Shown piece by piece: positions 10,524 to 19,662 of a DNA stretch of 46,963 bases. Source of the DNA: Leptolyngbyaceae cyanobacterium (GTDB lineage: Bacteria; Cyanobacteriota; Cyanobacteriia; Phormidesmidales; Phormidesmidaceae). The notes under the pieces were generated by a model. That model saw nothing but the letters and a program-made list of their open reading frames with translations, was not told the DNA's origin and made no database searches. The stretch's first letter is position 1. Every line of letters begins with the position of its first letter. The position numbers and the translations under genes were made by a program. The DNA lies in assembly GCA_050331235.1 (NCBI GenBank), contig JBHJHA010000092.1:1-46963 (forward strand), in the 5' to 3' direction.

Positions 10524-10844
10524 TTACGAAGGTTGACCAAATTGCTTTTGGTACACCACGTCTTCTTTTTCAGTTTCGAGTTTGATGTCTGAGCGTGGAT
10601 AGGCGACACAGAGCAGGGCATACCCCTCCGACTGCAACTCGGGACTGACGCCCATGCCATCGGTCTGGTCAACGTCACCGGCTGTGATCAGTGCCGCACA
10701 GGTGGTGCAAACCCCCGCATTACAGGAGGACGGCAGCTCCAGCCCGGCCTCATCAGCCGCTGCCAAAATAGTCTTGTCTGCGGGTACTTGGATACTGGTA
10801 ACGCCGCCCTGGTGATTGATTTCGACAGTGTAAATATTCGCCAT
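10524..10844 (-). CDS. Plant-type 2Fe-2S ferredoxin, Fed3/FdC1-like
   Basis: SCNAGVCTTC...LLC cluster motif and C-terminal extension EKEDVVYQKQFG. Confidence 0.92.
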   Translation of the reverse strand: MANIYTVEINHQGGVTSIQVPADKTILAAADEAGLELPSSCNAGVCTTCAALITAGDVDQTDGMGVSPELQSEGYALLCVAYPRSDIKLETEKEDVVYQKQFGQPS

Positions 10845-10984
10845 TGGTGCTTACTAAGGATGTTCGCTTAGTTGAATCAACATTTAGTCTGCAGTTGCCT
10901 AAAGAGTCAGTAGACCTGAGGTGCGATCGCTGCCCGCAACTGTAAGGAGTCGTGATCGCGATGTCGATTCAGCTGATTGATAAC

Positions 10985-11167
10985 CTATTGAGCCCCCTCA
11001 TTAGGGAAAATTGCTTCAAACTCAGCTAGGAGATCGTCCATTTCCTCCAGGGCTTGATTGACATCGATTCGCAACATACCAATGTCTGGCTGCTCTAGTA
11101 GCTTGACCAAAGCCTCTCGCTTGCCGCGAATTAGCTCCACCCGATCTCGAATCGCTTGTTTATTCAT
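10985..11167 (-). CDS. Small hypothetical protein (60 aa, helical)
   Basis: Clean ATG ORF with amphipathic sequence LRIDVNQALEEMDDLLAEF. Confidence 0.7.
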   Translation of the reverse strand: MNKQAIRDRVELIRGKREALVKLLEQPDIGMLRIDVNQALEEMDDLLAEFEAIFPNEGAQ

Positions 11168-11389
11168 GCTTTGTTCACACTCTCTAATTAACCAGCATAG
11201 GCAACTTTAGGGTAATCTCAAACATCTTCAGCTAGGTTTTTCCCCTAAACGGTGAAAATGCCCATCCCCGGAGGTGATTTTGGGCAGCGAACTCGAGATC
11301 GCCGTTTCCCTGGTCTACCCCACCCCAAACGACCGCAGATCGAACTCGTAGTCAAGCCTTCAATCTACTGATCCTCAACGGTTGACCCG

Positions 11390-12553
11390 TTATTGAGGAG
11401 GCGCCACAAATTCAGACTCAATCGGTTCAATTCGCCCCTGGGTCGCTAGCGCCTGATGAATAATGGCAATGATCTCGCCCCGAGTCGCTGGCTGCTGGGG
11501 GGCCAACTGTTGAGGATCAGGATGATTGATAATCAAGCCTTCAGAGGCGGCAGCGGCCACCTGAGGCCTAGCCCAACCAGGTAGATCCTGGGCACCTGGA
11601 AACCGGTTAAGCGCCCCCTCAACGTCTGTCGGCGGGGACAGCTCTAACCCCGTGGCCATCGTGATAAACACCTGATATCGCGGCACCACTTGATCCGGCT
11701 GAAACGTCCCTTCAGGAAAACCGCTCATATATCCCGTATCAACCACTTTTTTGATCGCATCGGCGGCCCAAAAATCGCTAGTAACGTCGGAAAAGCCGAG
11801 TTCCCGCTTGGTTTGTTCATCTTTAACAAATGAACTGTTCAGCAGTGCGGCAAACTCAGCCCGTGTGAGCTCTTTATCCGGTTGGAGCTGGCCGCTCGGA
11901 AAATCTGGCAGCAAGTCTTGTTCATACAGGCTGACAATGTAGGGATAAGCCCAATAGTCTTCTGAAACGTCTGAGATATCTAGCTCTGGAAGGGATTGAG
12001 CACTGCCCTCAGGCTCAGCTTCTGAGGGGGCGGTCGCGTTATCGTCTGGAGCTGCGGCCTCGGGAGCAATGGCTGAAGGAGCCGCGGCTCCTTCAGTGGC
12101 GTCAGTTGAGCCGGGAGTGGCAACAGCTGCACGAGATGCCTCCGCATCAACGCGGCGATCGCGGTTATTGCTACTGAGGCCACCCATGCCGCCCATTAAC
12201 CCGCTGGTGGCGGTGTCAGCTTGACTTGCTGTAGAGGGGGTGTCCTTGGCAGCATCAGTTTTATCCACCGCCTCCCGACGGAAAAAAGAAAAGAGCCCAT
12301 CTTGGTCTGAGGTGGTGTCGGCTTCACCGGTGATGTCATCCAGCCCGAGCGAAGACTCTGAGCCAGCCACTGATGCCGGTAACTTTGAGAGGTCAACCGG
12401 TGGGCTAAAAAACTGTTGTCCTCTCGTCCACCCCCACCAGAGGATGGCCCCGATAGACAAAAACGCAATGGCAACGGCAATCGCTTCATCGTTATCACGC
12501 AGCGGGCTTGGCGACGGTCTGTTGTTAGGATTAGGAGGGGGCAGGTCAACCAT
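11390..12553 (-). CDS. Membrane-anchored S-layer homology (SLH) domain protein
   Basis: N-terminal TM helix, low-complexity linker, three SLH-like repeats (DVSEDYWA..TRAEFA; FSDVTSDFWA..GFPEGTFQP; ATRGE). Confidence 0.88.
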   Translation of the reverse strand: MVDLPPPNPNNRPSPSPLRDNDEAIAVAIAFLSIGAILWWGWTRGQQFFSPPVDLSKLPASVAGSESSLGLDDITGEADTTSDQDGLFSFFRREAVDKTDAAKDTPSTASQADTATSGLMGGMGGLSSNNRDRRVDAEASRAAVATPGSTDATEGAAAPSAIAPEAAAPDDNATAPSEAEPEGSAQSLPELDISDVSEDYWAYPYIVSLYEQDLLPDFPSGQLQPDKELTRAEFAALLNSSFVKDEQTKRELGFSDVTSDFWAADAIKKVVDTGYMSGFPEGTFQPDQVVPRYQVFITMATGLELSPPTDVEGALNRFPGAQDLPGWARPQVAAAASEGLIINHPDPQQLAPQQPATRGEIIAIIHQALATQGRIEPIESEFVAPPQ

Positions 12554-12768
12554 AGTTCTAAAGCTAAGACGTCAAGAAAAGGGCTTTATAGGGCTATCCT
12601 ACTGCCATAAGGCGATTTCTTCATAGGGCAAGTTTAGGCCGCAACACCATTTGAGAATGACCGGACAATACCGTCTCCGTGACTATGGACAGGACCTCCT
12701 CGGCACAACAGTTCGGAGAACCGATGAGGTAATTACCGTTGTCCGATTGCCAGGGACTAGCCACTGGA

Positions 12769-13143
12769 TTAGCGATGGCTAGACGACTCGTTAGAGTGCC
12801 CAATGGCCGCCGTAAAAGCTGCCAATTCCTGGCTGGCTGCCCCGTAAACAGCAGTAATTTGTTCAGTGCAGCAGTCAATGGCAAAGTCGTCTAGTTCGTC
12901 AGGGGAGATGCCAAACATTTGCTCAAAGGTATCGGCCTGAACGCGGCAAAATTTGGGTCGAGTCTCGTAGATGGCGCAGCGTCGCGTTGCGTGATCATAG
13001 TGAATGCACCAACCGTCATCGCCTACCAAACTGAGGTAATGCTCTAGCTCTGCGGCAGTCAAATATTGGTCTAAATCAGGTCGTTCGCTCGGAGTGAGAT
13101 TGCAACAGGCTCCACACCCTTGAATACATTGCCAAGTGGCCAT
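12769..13143 (-). CDS. YkgJ-family cysteine-cluster protein
   Basis: CxxGCGACC...C..CAIYETRPKFCR. Confidence 0.88.
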   Translation of the reverse strand: MATWQCIQGCGACCNLTPSERPDLDQYLTAAELEHYLSLVGDDGWCIHYDHATRRCAIYETRPKFCRVQADTFEQMFGISPDELDDFAIDCCTEQITAVYGAASQELAAFTAAIGHSNESSSHR

Positions 13144-13266
13144 AATAGTTAGAGGATTTAATTTCCCTTAGAATTTTGTAAACTTAATTAAATATGGGCT
13201 CCCAACACCGGATAAAATAGCGCAGATAGCCTTTAGCAAAGGCCAATTCGTTGTCTGGGAGGATCC

Positions 13267-13398
13267 ATGGAGTTTATTTCAAGTTTATTCGGCGGTATCA
13301 ATTTTGAGCTAGTTGCTCAACTGACCATGCTAGCCATGATTGTGATTTCTGGCCCGGTTGTTGTGTTCTTGTTAGCAGCACGGGGTGGCGATCTTTAA
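13267..13398 (+). CDS. psb30: Photosystem II protein Psb30 (Ycf12), 43 aa; not in the ORF track
   Basis: Own translation [43 protein letters not shown], with a GGAGG RBS just upstream. Confidence 0.93.
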   Translation: MEFISSLFGGINFELVAQLTMLAMIVISGPVVVFLLAARGGDL

Positions 13399-13475
13399 GG
13401 TTCCGCTCTAGGCGATTCTGGCTGGTCGGATTCAGAGTCCTATTCGCTTCGCGGCTCTGCCGACAATCCACTCAT

Positions 13476-13511
13476 GAGGCGCAACTGTGGTGAAATCTAC
13501 GGTTGCGCTTC
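13476..13511. terminator. Hairpin between convergent psb30 and ispD
   Basis: GAGGCGCAACTGTGG-tgaaat-CTACGGTTGCGCTTC stem with G-U pairs. Confidence 0.55.
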
Positions 13512-13594
13512 TCTCAGTTTTATCAGAAGTGTACGGGTCCAACCGAGGGTAAGATCCGATATCGGTCTGGCTCAATCGGGCGGTGGCAGTTGAC

Positions 13595-14308
13595 CTAGGA
13601 CGCAGCGGCGCGATCGCTCAAAATTCGTTCTGCAATGGTGAGATCCGCTGGGGTTGTCACTTTCAGGTTGGTTTCTTCACCGGGCACCACCTTGACCGGG
13701 AGCCCGACCTTTTCAAACAAGGCTGCATCGTCGGTGACGGTCCATCCTGCGGCCTTACCTTTTGCATGGGCGGCTTTGAGCTGCTCAACCTGAAAACCTT
13801 GGGGGGTTTGGGCGGCCCAAAGCTGATTGCGATCAGGGGTATCGATAATGATTTGATCGGTGCCAACAATTTTAATTGTGTCTTTGACGGGCACAGCAGC
13901 AATTAACCCGACACAGGTTTTCAGTGCCTCGGCACAGCGGTCGAAGAGCTGCGGGGTAGCTAGGCAGCGCGCCCCATCATGGATTAAGACCTGCTTGGCA
14001 TCAGCGGGAAGGGCCTGCAAACCGTTATAGACCGACTCCTGCCGGGTACTACCGCCAATAATTAGCTCAATGGGTTTGCTCAACTGTAGCCGATCTAAAA
14101 TCAGGTTGAGGTCAGGATGGTCAATCGCCTGACAGATGAGTCCAATCCACTCAACGTGATGACTGGCGGCGGCGGCGGCCAACGTCCAAGCCAAAATCGG
14201 CTGATCGCGCAGGGACAGCAGTAACTTATTGCGATCGCTGCCCATGCGACGACCTACTCCGGCAGCCGGAATCAACAGGTGCACAGTTCGCTTTTCTCCT
14301 TGACCCAT
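13595..14308 (-). CDS. ispD: 2-C-methyl-D-erythritol 4-phosphate cytidylyltransferase
   Basis: IPAAGVGRRMG, VLIHDGAR, QTPQGF, TDDA, NLKVTTPADL. Confidence 0.96.
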   Translation of the reverse strand: MGQGEKRTVHLLIPAAGVGRRMGSDRNKLLLSLRDQPILAWTLAAAAASHHVEWIGLICQAIDHPDLNLILDRLQLSKPIELIIGGSTRQESVYNGLQALPADAKQVLIHDGARCLATPQLFDRCAEALKTCVGLIAAVPVKDTIKIVGTDQIIIDTPDRNQLWAAQTPQGFQVEQLKAAHAKGKAAGWTVTDDAALFEKVGLPVKVVPGEETNLKVTTPADLTIAERILSDRAAAS

Positions 14309-14453
14309 TACGTCTCATCACCCTACCCCGAAACTGTCTGCTCGCGACTGATAAGCAATCCTGACTGTGAATTATTGGTTTTTGTTGGCAACAACGCATT
14401 CTTAGCCGCCGCGTTCCTCTAAAATGTGGGACGGATAAACAGGACAGACAGCG

Positions 14454-15419
14454 ATGCAGGTACTGGCTCTCGTTCCAGGTGGAATTAGCAATCAGCTTCT
14501 ATTTTTTCCGACGCTTGAGCACCTCAAGCAAGCTTACCCCAATGCCGAAATTACGGTGGTTGCAGAACCATCAGCGACATCTGCTTACCGCGTTTCAAAA
14601 ATTGTTGAGGCGACAATTCCCTACCCATTTAGCAGCAGCAATAGCCCTGCTGACTGGGCCAACCTCCTTGGGATTTTTCGCGATCGCGAGTATGAGTTAG
14701 TCATCACCACCACTCAAGATTGGACGACTGCTCTCATGCTTTGGCTAAGTGGGGTTCCGACTCGAATCGGTTACCAAAGCGGTGCCAACAACCTGTTTTT
14801 AACGGCGACGGTGCCCTCTAAGACTAATCAATATGTGGCGGAGCAATATCACAGCTTGCTCTCTGTTCTGGATCTGCCATCGGACTGTCCCGAAATTGCT
14901 ATCAACGTGCCCCAAAGCGACATTGGCTGGGTTGACAACCAACTGCAAAACAAAGAGATTGGCGACCAAGGATACGTCCTGATCTATCCCGGACCGGCTG
15001 ATGGGCAAGCCAACGACATCTACCCCACCGAAAACTGGTTGGCGATGATTCAGGACTTTCAAAAGCGACAGCCGGGTCTCCCACTGGTGCTGATTCAACA
15101 GTCAGAAACTGCGGAGGTGGTCAGTCCTCTTAAGCAGGCGGTACCCAACATCAAGACCATATGGCCAGACAACCTCGGGCAAATTGCCGCGCTGGTAGCG
15201 GGCGCCAACTTATTGCTAACCACTGATAGCTATGTGTCGGAGTTAGGCGTAGCGCTCCAGGTCTTTACCCTAACCTTGTTTGGCAAAAACCGGCCAAGCG
15301 ATCGCCTCCCCCCTGTCGATGAGTCAGAGCAGCGATTTTTAGGCCTGACCGCAGATAGTGATGCGGTAGCGGATATTCCCGTCGATACTGTTTTGAAAAA
15401 AGTCTGGGGTGAGGAATAA
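14454..15419 (+). CDS. Glycosyltransferase family 9 (heptosyltransferase-like)
   Basis: LALVPGGISNQLLFFPTLEHLKQAYPNAEI N-terminus, PTRIGY, GANLLLTTDS. Confidence 0.85.
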   Translation: MQVLALVPGGISNQLLFFPTLEHLKQAYPNAEITVVAEPSATSAYRVSKIVEATIPYPFSSSNSPADWANLLGIFRDREYELVITTTQDWTTALMLWLSGVPTRIGYQSGANNLFLTATVPSKTNQYVAEQYHSLLSVLDLPSDCPEIAINVPQSDIGWVDNQLQNKEIGDQGYVLIYPGPADGQANDIYPTENWLAMIQDFQKRQPGLPLVLIQQSETAEVVSPLKQAVPNIKTIWPDNLGQIAALVAGANLLLTTDSYVSELGVALQVFTLTLFGKNRPSDRLPPVDESEQRFLGLTADSDAVADIPVDTVLKKVWGEE

Positions 15420-15481
15420 CTTCCCTTTTTTCTCAATACGGCTGACTCAATTCGAGATCTGATATTCAGGAGATCGACACC

Positions 15482-16042
15482 GTGGAAAAGATCAAAGCTC
15501 AAACTGGCAAAGTCGGTGAGTTGCTATTTTCTGCAGATACTGGGGCCACTTATAAAAAAACAGTGGCACTCACTTGGGCCATCATCCGAGAAACCGGGAT
15601 ATTGCTGTGGTTGGTCGTCTGCCTAATGTTTGTGGGCGGCGAATGGTTTTGGTATCGGTCGATCGCCCTGGGGCAGGCCGCTAGATCCTGGTATGAAGGT
15701 CTCAGCCAACCCAGCGAAGAAGCACCCAAGACTGCTAGCGAAATAGGCCAGTCGGCGGCCTCGGCAATTGCTACCGCGACTGAAACACTGCTCTACCAGG
15801 CTAAACAGCAGCTCGGCATTGAGGTGGAACCGCCAACATCCAAGCCGAGGAAAGTGACAACCAAGCCTTTGTCACAGCCAGCACCGGAATCCGCTAAACC
15901 TACACAGACCGCTTTAGCTGCCGCTGCGGCTCAAAATCAAGGCCAGCAACCGGAGATCGGGTCCTTTGATGCGGTGGATAAACCCTCTTCGCCCAAGTCT
16001 GTGGACGATGAGTCCGAGGATGCTGAGCCAATCGACACCTAA
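15482..16042 (+). CDS. Hypothetical membrane protein with low-complexity C-terminus
   Basis: One TM segment (ILLWLVVCLMFVGGEWFW); co-oriented with the GT9 gene and followed by a terminator. Confidence 0.7.
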   Translation: MEKIKAQTGKVGELLFSADTGATYKKTVALTWAIIRETGILLWLVVCLMFVGGEWFWYRSIALGQAARSWYEGLSQPSEEAPKTASEIGQSAASAIATATETLLYQAKQQLGIEVEPPTSKPRKVTTKPLSQPAPESAKPTQTALAAAAAQNQGQQPEIGSFDAVDKPSSPKSVDDESEDAEPIDT

Positions 16043-16077
16043 TTGACCGAATGTGAAAACAACAGATGGGTGGAATA

Positions 16078-16098
16078 GGGGGGCGATTGCCCCCTTTT
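16078..16098 (+). terminator. Rho-independent terminator
   Basis: GGGGGC-gatt-GCCCCC followed by TTTT. Confidence 0.65.
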
Positions 16099-16364
16099 AT
16101 CGCTCCTTGAGCAGGAAGGGGTTGCCAGTTTGAAGCAGCTGGTGGCCCTGATCTGTGGTTGCGGTGCTGCTCGGACTGATGATTAGCTAAAGATGCGGCT
16201 CAGAGATAGGCTTGACTCTTCAATCGAGCTGGCAGCCAGATTCCTCTAAGTTTCGATAGCAGCAATTGGGGGGATTTTGTAAAGATTCTCCACCAAGAAG
16301 GGAGCGGCTGCTGACTCCGGAGCACTCTGTTGCAGAAACGGTAAAGCCTCTTAGTCAGATTATA

Positions 16365-17512
16365 TCAATTCTCCAAAGTAAAGTTACAGATTAAAGTTAC
16401 AGATAAAGGAGAGCGTCAGTAGCCAATGGAGGTCTGTAATGTCTGGCGTATTGCACCTTGAGGTCCAGGAATCGGCCGCTACTCTGAAAGCCCTGATGGA
16501 TGAGCAATCTGATGTCAGAGTCCGGAGTAAAGTGCAGATTTTATGGTGGTTGAAAACGGGTCAAGCGAGTCAGGTTAGTCAACTTGCACGGCTGAGCGGG
16601 TATCACCGCGGCAGCATCTCCCGATGGCTGAGCCAGTATCGCCAAGGCGGCGTGGCAGCCTTGCGACAGCGCGGCCCTCGCAGCGGTCGTCCACGGGCCA
16701 TTGCCGGTGAGGTGCGTCAGGCACTAGCCCAAGAACTGCAAGACCCAGAGGGCTTTCAGAGCTATGTCGAAGTGCAGCGGTGGCTCGCCGCTGTCCATGG
16801 GGTGCAAGTGCCCTACAAAACGGTGCATAAAACGGTGCGCTATGGTCTCAAAGCCAAGCTCAAAGTTCCTCGTCCCCAGGCCGCCAAACAGTCGGAGGGG
16901 GCCGTTGAGGCCTTTGAGTAAACCTCGGAGCGCTAATAGTACAAGCGCTGCCCTCGTAATGGCGAGAGCGTTACGACCGTGTCCGGTATTGGTGTAGCGA
17001 TGAAAGTCGGGTGGGTCTCTTCACCGTCCAACACCGCAAGCTCACCGGCTTTGGCGTTCAACCCCAAGGGTTGGTGCAGTGGGAGTTTGTCTATCGCTGG
17101 TTGTATGGCATCGTGGAACCGCTCAGTGGTCAGACTCTACTGCTGGAGTTTGCCCACCTTGACAGTCTCTGCTTTGAAGCGTTTCTGCATTATTTTGCCG
17201 GGCAATTTCCAGATGAACTCCATCTCATTCAAGTCGATAACGCGATGGCACATCGGGCTCGCGCCTTGAGCTTGCCGGACAATGTCATCTTGCTGTTTCA
17301 GCCACCCTACTGTCCGCAGGTGAATCCGATTGAACGGCTCTGGCGAGAGCTGAAGCGGACACTGGACTGGCAACAGTTTGAAGACCGCCGCGAGTTGCAG
17401 CAGGCGATCAGTCAGTGGGTGCATCAGCTCTCGCCAGAGCCGCGGTGCGCTCGCTCACTTGCTGGGATTGGATAGTAGACGCGCTTTGTGTCGCTGAAAT
17501 TTAGAGAATTGA
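16365..17512 (+). mobile_element. IS630-family insertion sequence (degenerate)
   Basis: Terminal inverted repeats TCAATTCTC(C/T)AAA at both ends, flanked by TA at 16363-64 and 17513-14; HTH ORF plus DDE ORF inside. Confidence 0.9.
16439..17504 (+). pseudogene. IS630 transposase pseudogene (orfA HTH 16439-16921; orfB DDE)
   Basis: WCSDESR / QVDNA / QPPYCPQVNPIERLW catalytic motifs; in-frame TAA at 16957-59 ahead of the first Asp; frameshift near 17440 (the other frame continues VRSLTCWDWIVDAL). Confidence 0.85.
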
Positions 17513-17819
17513 TATTAGGCGATCGCCTTAAAGGTCGTCCTTGCTCGACATTGACTAAGCTGGCTCTAAATTTACTCACTCAATCTGACTGTTTAGTCAC
17601 TATCGTGGGTGTAGACGAAAACGGATTTATGAATTTAGCGAGAATAGACTTAGGGAGAGAAAGTCTAAAAAAGCGATCTGGGATTCTCAAGACAGATTAA
17701 GCCCCTGGTTGCAAGTCGTACTCATAACGAGTATGATTTATTTGCTGGGGGATAGTCTTAAGCAGTTTGTTTATGTACTTTCCCAAGGCACGCCGTCATT
17801 TTGATTAGGAGTATGACTT

Positions 17820-18332
17820 ATGGTTGCAACCCCCGCCAAAACTACCGCTCAGTTCTATCCCACTCGCAACGATCTGCCGTTGGATGTTCGGGAGGAAGCG
17901 GTCGCGATCTTAAATCAGAGTTTGGCAGCGACTCTCGACCTCAAAACTCAAACTAAGCAGGCCCATTGGAATGTGAAGGGGAAAGACTTTTATCAGCTGC
18001 ATGAGCTTTTTGATGAAATGGCCGAGGAAGTCGAAGAATATGTCGATATGGTGGCTGAGCGGGTAACTGCGCTTGGCGGCACAGCCCTCGGTACAGCCCG
18101 TGTGGCCGCAGCGCAATCAATCCTCGCTGAGTATCCGCTGGATGCTGTGAGTGGTCAAGAACATGTGACTGCTTTGGCTGATCGATACGCGACCTACGCC
18201 AAGCATGTCCGTGAGGCGATCGACAAGACAGAAGGCTTAGGGGATGCCGATACTGCGGATCTATACACAGAAATTTCCCGCACTATTGACAAGCGTTTGT
18301 GGTTCTTAGAGGCGCATTTAATCAGCGAATAG
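17820..18332 (+). CDS. dps: DNA protection during starvation protein
   Basis: KQAHWNVKG..FYQLHELFDE..DMVAER, DKRLWFLEAH; AGGAG RBS. Confidence 0.96.
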   Translation: MVATPAKTTAQFYPTRNDLPLDVREEAVAILNQSLAATLDLKTQTKQAHWNVKGKDFYQLHELFDEMAEEVEEYVDMVAERVTALGGTALGTARVAAAQSILAEYPLDAVSGQEHVTALADRYATYAKHVREAIDKTEGLGDADTADLYTEISRTIDKRLWFLEAHLISE

Positions 18333-18406
18333 ATCGAAGGGGTCTGTTCGTCGCCAATCATGGGTGAACATTGACCGGTTTAGGGTACCAATTGCCCTGA
18401 GAAATA

Positions 18407-18440
18407 AAGCCCCGTTCAGCTATCAGACTGAATGGGGCTT
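18407..18440 (+). terminator. Hairpin terminator after dps
   Basis: AAGCCCCGTTCAG ... CTGAATGGGGCTT. Confidence 0.65.
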
Positions 18441-18718
18441 AGTTATGAGTAGCGCACAATAATGCGACGGCAGCGATATCGATTTCCCGCAATCGATTAA
18501 ATGTATTCCCCAAGTAGATGTGAAATCAAAAGAACTATGGTCAACAGAAGGTGTAAAACAAGACATTTATAGGAGCCCAAACAGCAGCAATTAAGCTTGT
18601 TTAGTCAATCTATCTTTGTATAGACGATAGAGCTTTAGAAAACACCCAACCAAGCGATAGATGTTGATGGCAGTATTGCGATCGCCATCAACTTCTGTCG
18701 AGAAAAAACGTGATGAAT

Positions 18719-18913
18719 CTAATTGCTCGATACTAAACGTACGCTGCCAGTATCCAGCGCTTCCATCAAGAGTTCCAAGACTTCGACATCACCGTCGGGC
18801 AAGTGACCTAAGCGCGTTAATTCGCTATTGATAGCCTGCTCCAAGTCAGGGGTCAGCCGATGGATAGAGAGAACTTTCGCTACTAATGCACGGATACTGC
18901 TTTTGGGCTGCAT
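18719..18913 (-). CDS. Small conserved cyanobacterial hypothetical protein (64 aa)
   Basis: Pattern IxxLVxxxL..LTPxxE..I....L...L..LMxALxxGxV resembles a widespread small cyanobacterial family (from recall). A hairpin at 18663-18692 lies downstream. Confidence 0.7.
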   Translation of the reverse strand: MQPKSSIRALVAKVLSIHRLTPDLEQAINSELTRLGHLPDGDVEVLELLMEALDTGSVRLVSSN

Positions 18914-19029
18914 GATTTCAGGAAAATGAGGGCCATGGATTAGAATTTCAATACTAAAATTTTCTTATGGCCCGGTTAATCTCTCTGTGATCATGCATTT
19001 TTTTTAATGTGATTCATCTTTTTTTCTTG

Positions 19030-19045
19030 TGTGATGGAGATCACT
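19030..19045. promoter_or_regulatory. CRP-type binding site
   Basis: TGTGA-tggaga-TCACT, 9/10 match to TGTGA-N6-TCACA, in an AT-rich divergent promoter. Confidence 0.65.
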
Positions 19046-19237
19046 TTAGGCTTTTGTGACGAAAAATACTTTACGTGGAAATACTTAACCGAAACTTTAT
19101 ATAGGGCAGAAGCGTTATCAAGATTGTGACAAATCGGTGCTAACGCAGTGGGCATATTTTTTTGACTGCTTTAAGTTCAAGTCAAAGAAACACGAAATAT
19201 CTGCCCTTGACCGTAAATGACCTGGAGTGAACTCGCG

Positions 19238-19558
19238 ATGCAAAGTATTCAAGCGGCTTTAACAATCGTTCAGCCTAGTGGGGCTCTCAATGCCACGAAT
19301 GCCCATAAACTGCAGGCACAGTTATCTGAGTTCATCGGCTCTGATAGCTCAGCTGGATTAATGGTTGATATGAGTCAGGTTGAGTCTCTCGACAGTGCTG
19401 GGCTCGTGGCTTTGATCGCTTCATTACGGATGGCACGACGTTTGAGCAAAAGATTCTGCCTTTGCTCTGTGCCTCCCTCAATTCGAATTGTGTTTGAGCT
19501 GACCCAGTTAGACCAAGCCTTTGAGTTTTCTGACGAGCTCGTGGCGACGGCGGCCTAA
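19238..19558 (+). CDS. STAS-domain anti-sigma-factor antagonist
   Basis: VDMSQVESLDSAGL, IRIVFELTQLDQAF. Alternative start 19217. Confidence 0.92.
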   Translation: MQSIQAALTIVQPSGALNATNAHKLQAQLSEFIGSDSSAGLMVDMSQVESLDSAGLVALIASLRMARRLSKRFCLCSVPPSIRIVFELTQLDQAFEFSDELVATAA

Positions 19559-19599
19559 AGGGCTCTCATCGCGTTTCTGCATCAAACTCAAGTAGGCCA

Positions 19600-19637
19600 G
19601 CAGACTGATGAGTCGTGAATTCATCAGTCTGTTTTTT
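19600..19637 (+). terminator. Rho-independent terminator between convergent genes
   Basis: CAGACTGATGA-loop-TCATCAGTCTG-TTTTTT. Confidence 0.75.
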
Positions 19638-19662
19638 CCTTAGTGAATCATCTCGCACAGCG

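Noticed and set aside
10460..10678. N-terminal extension of the 131-aa ORF
   Set aside because: Overlaps the ferredoxin gene in another frame; the real gene most likely starts at 10459.
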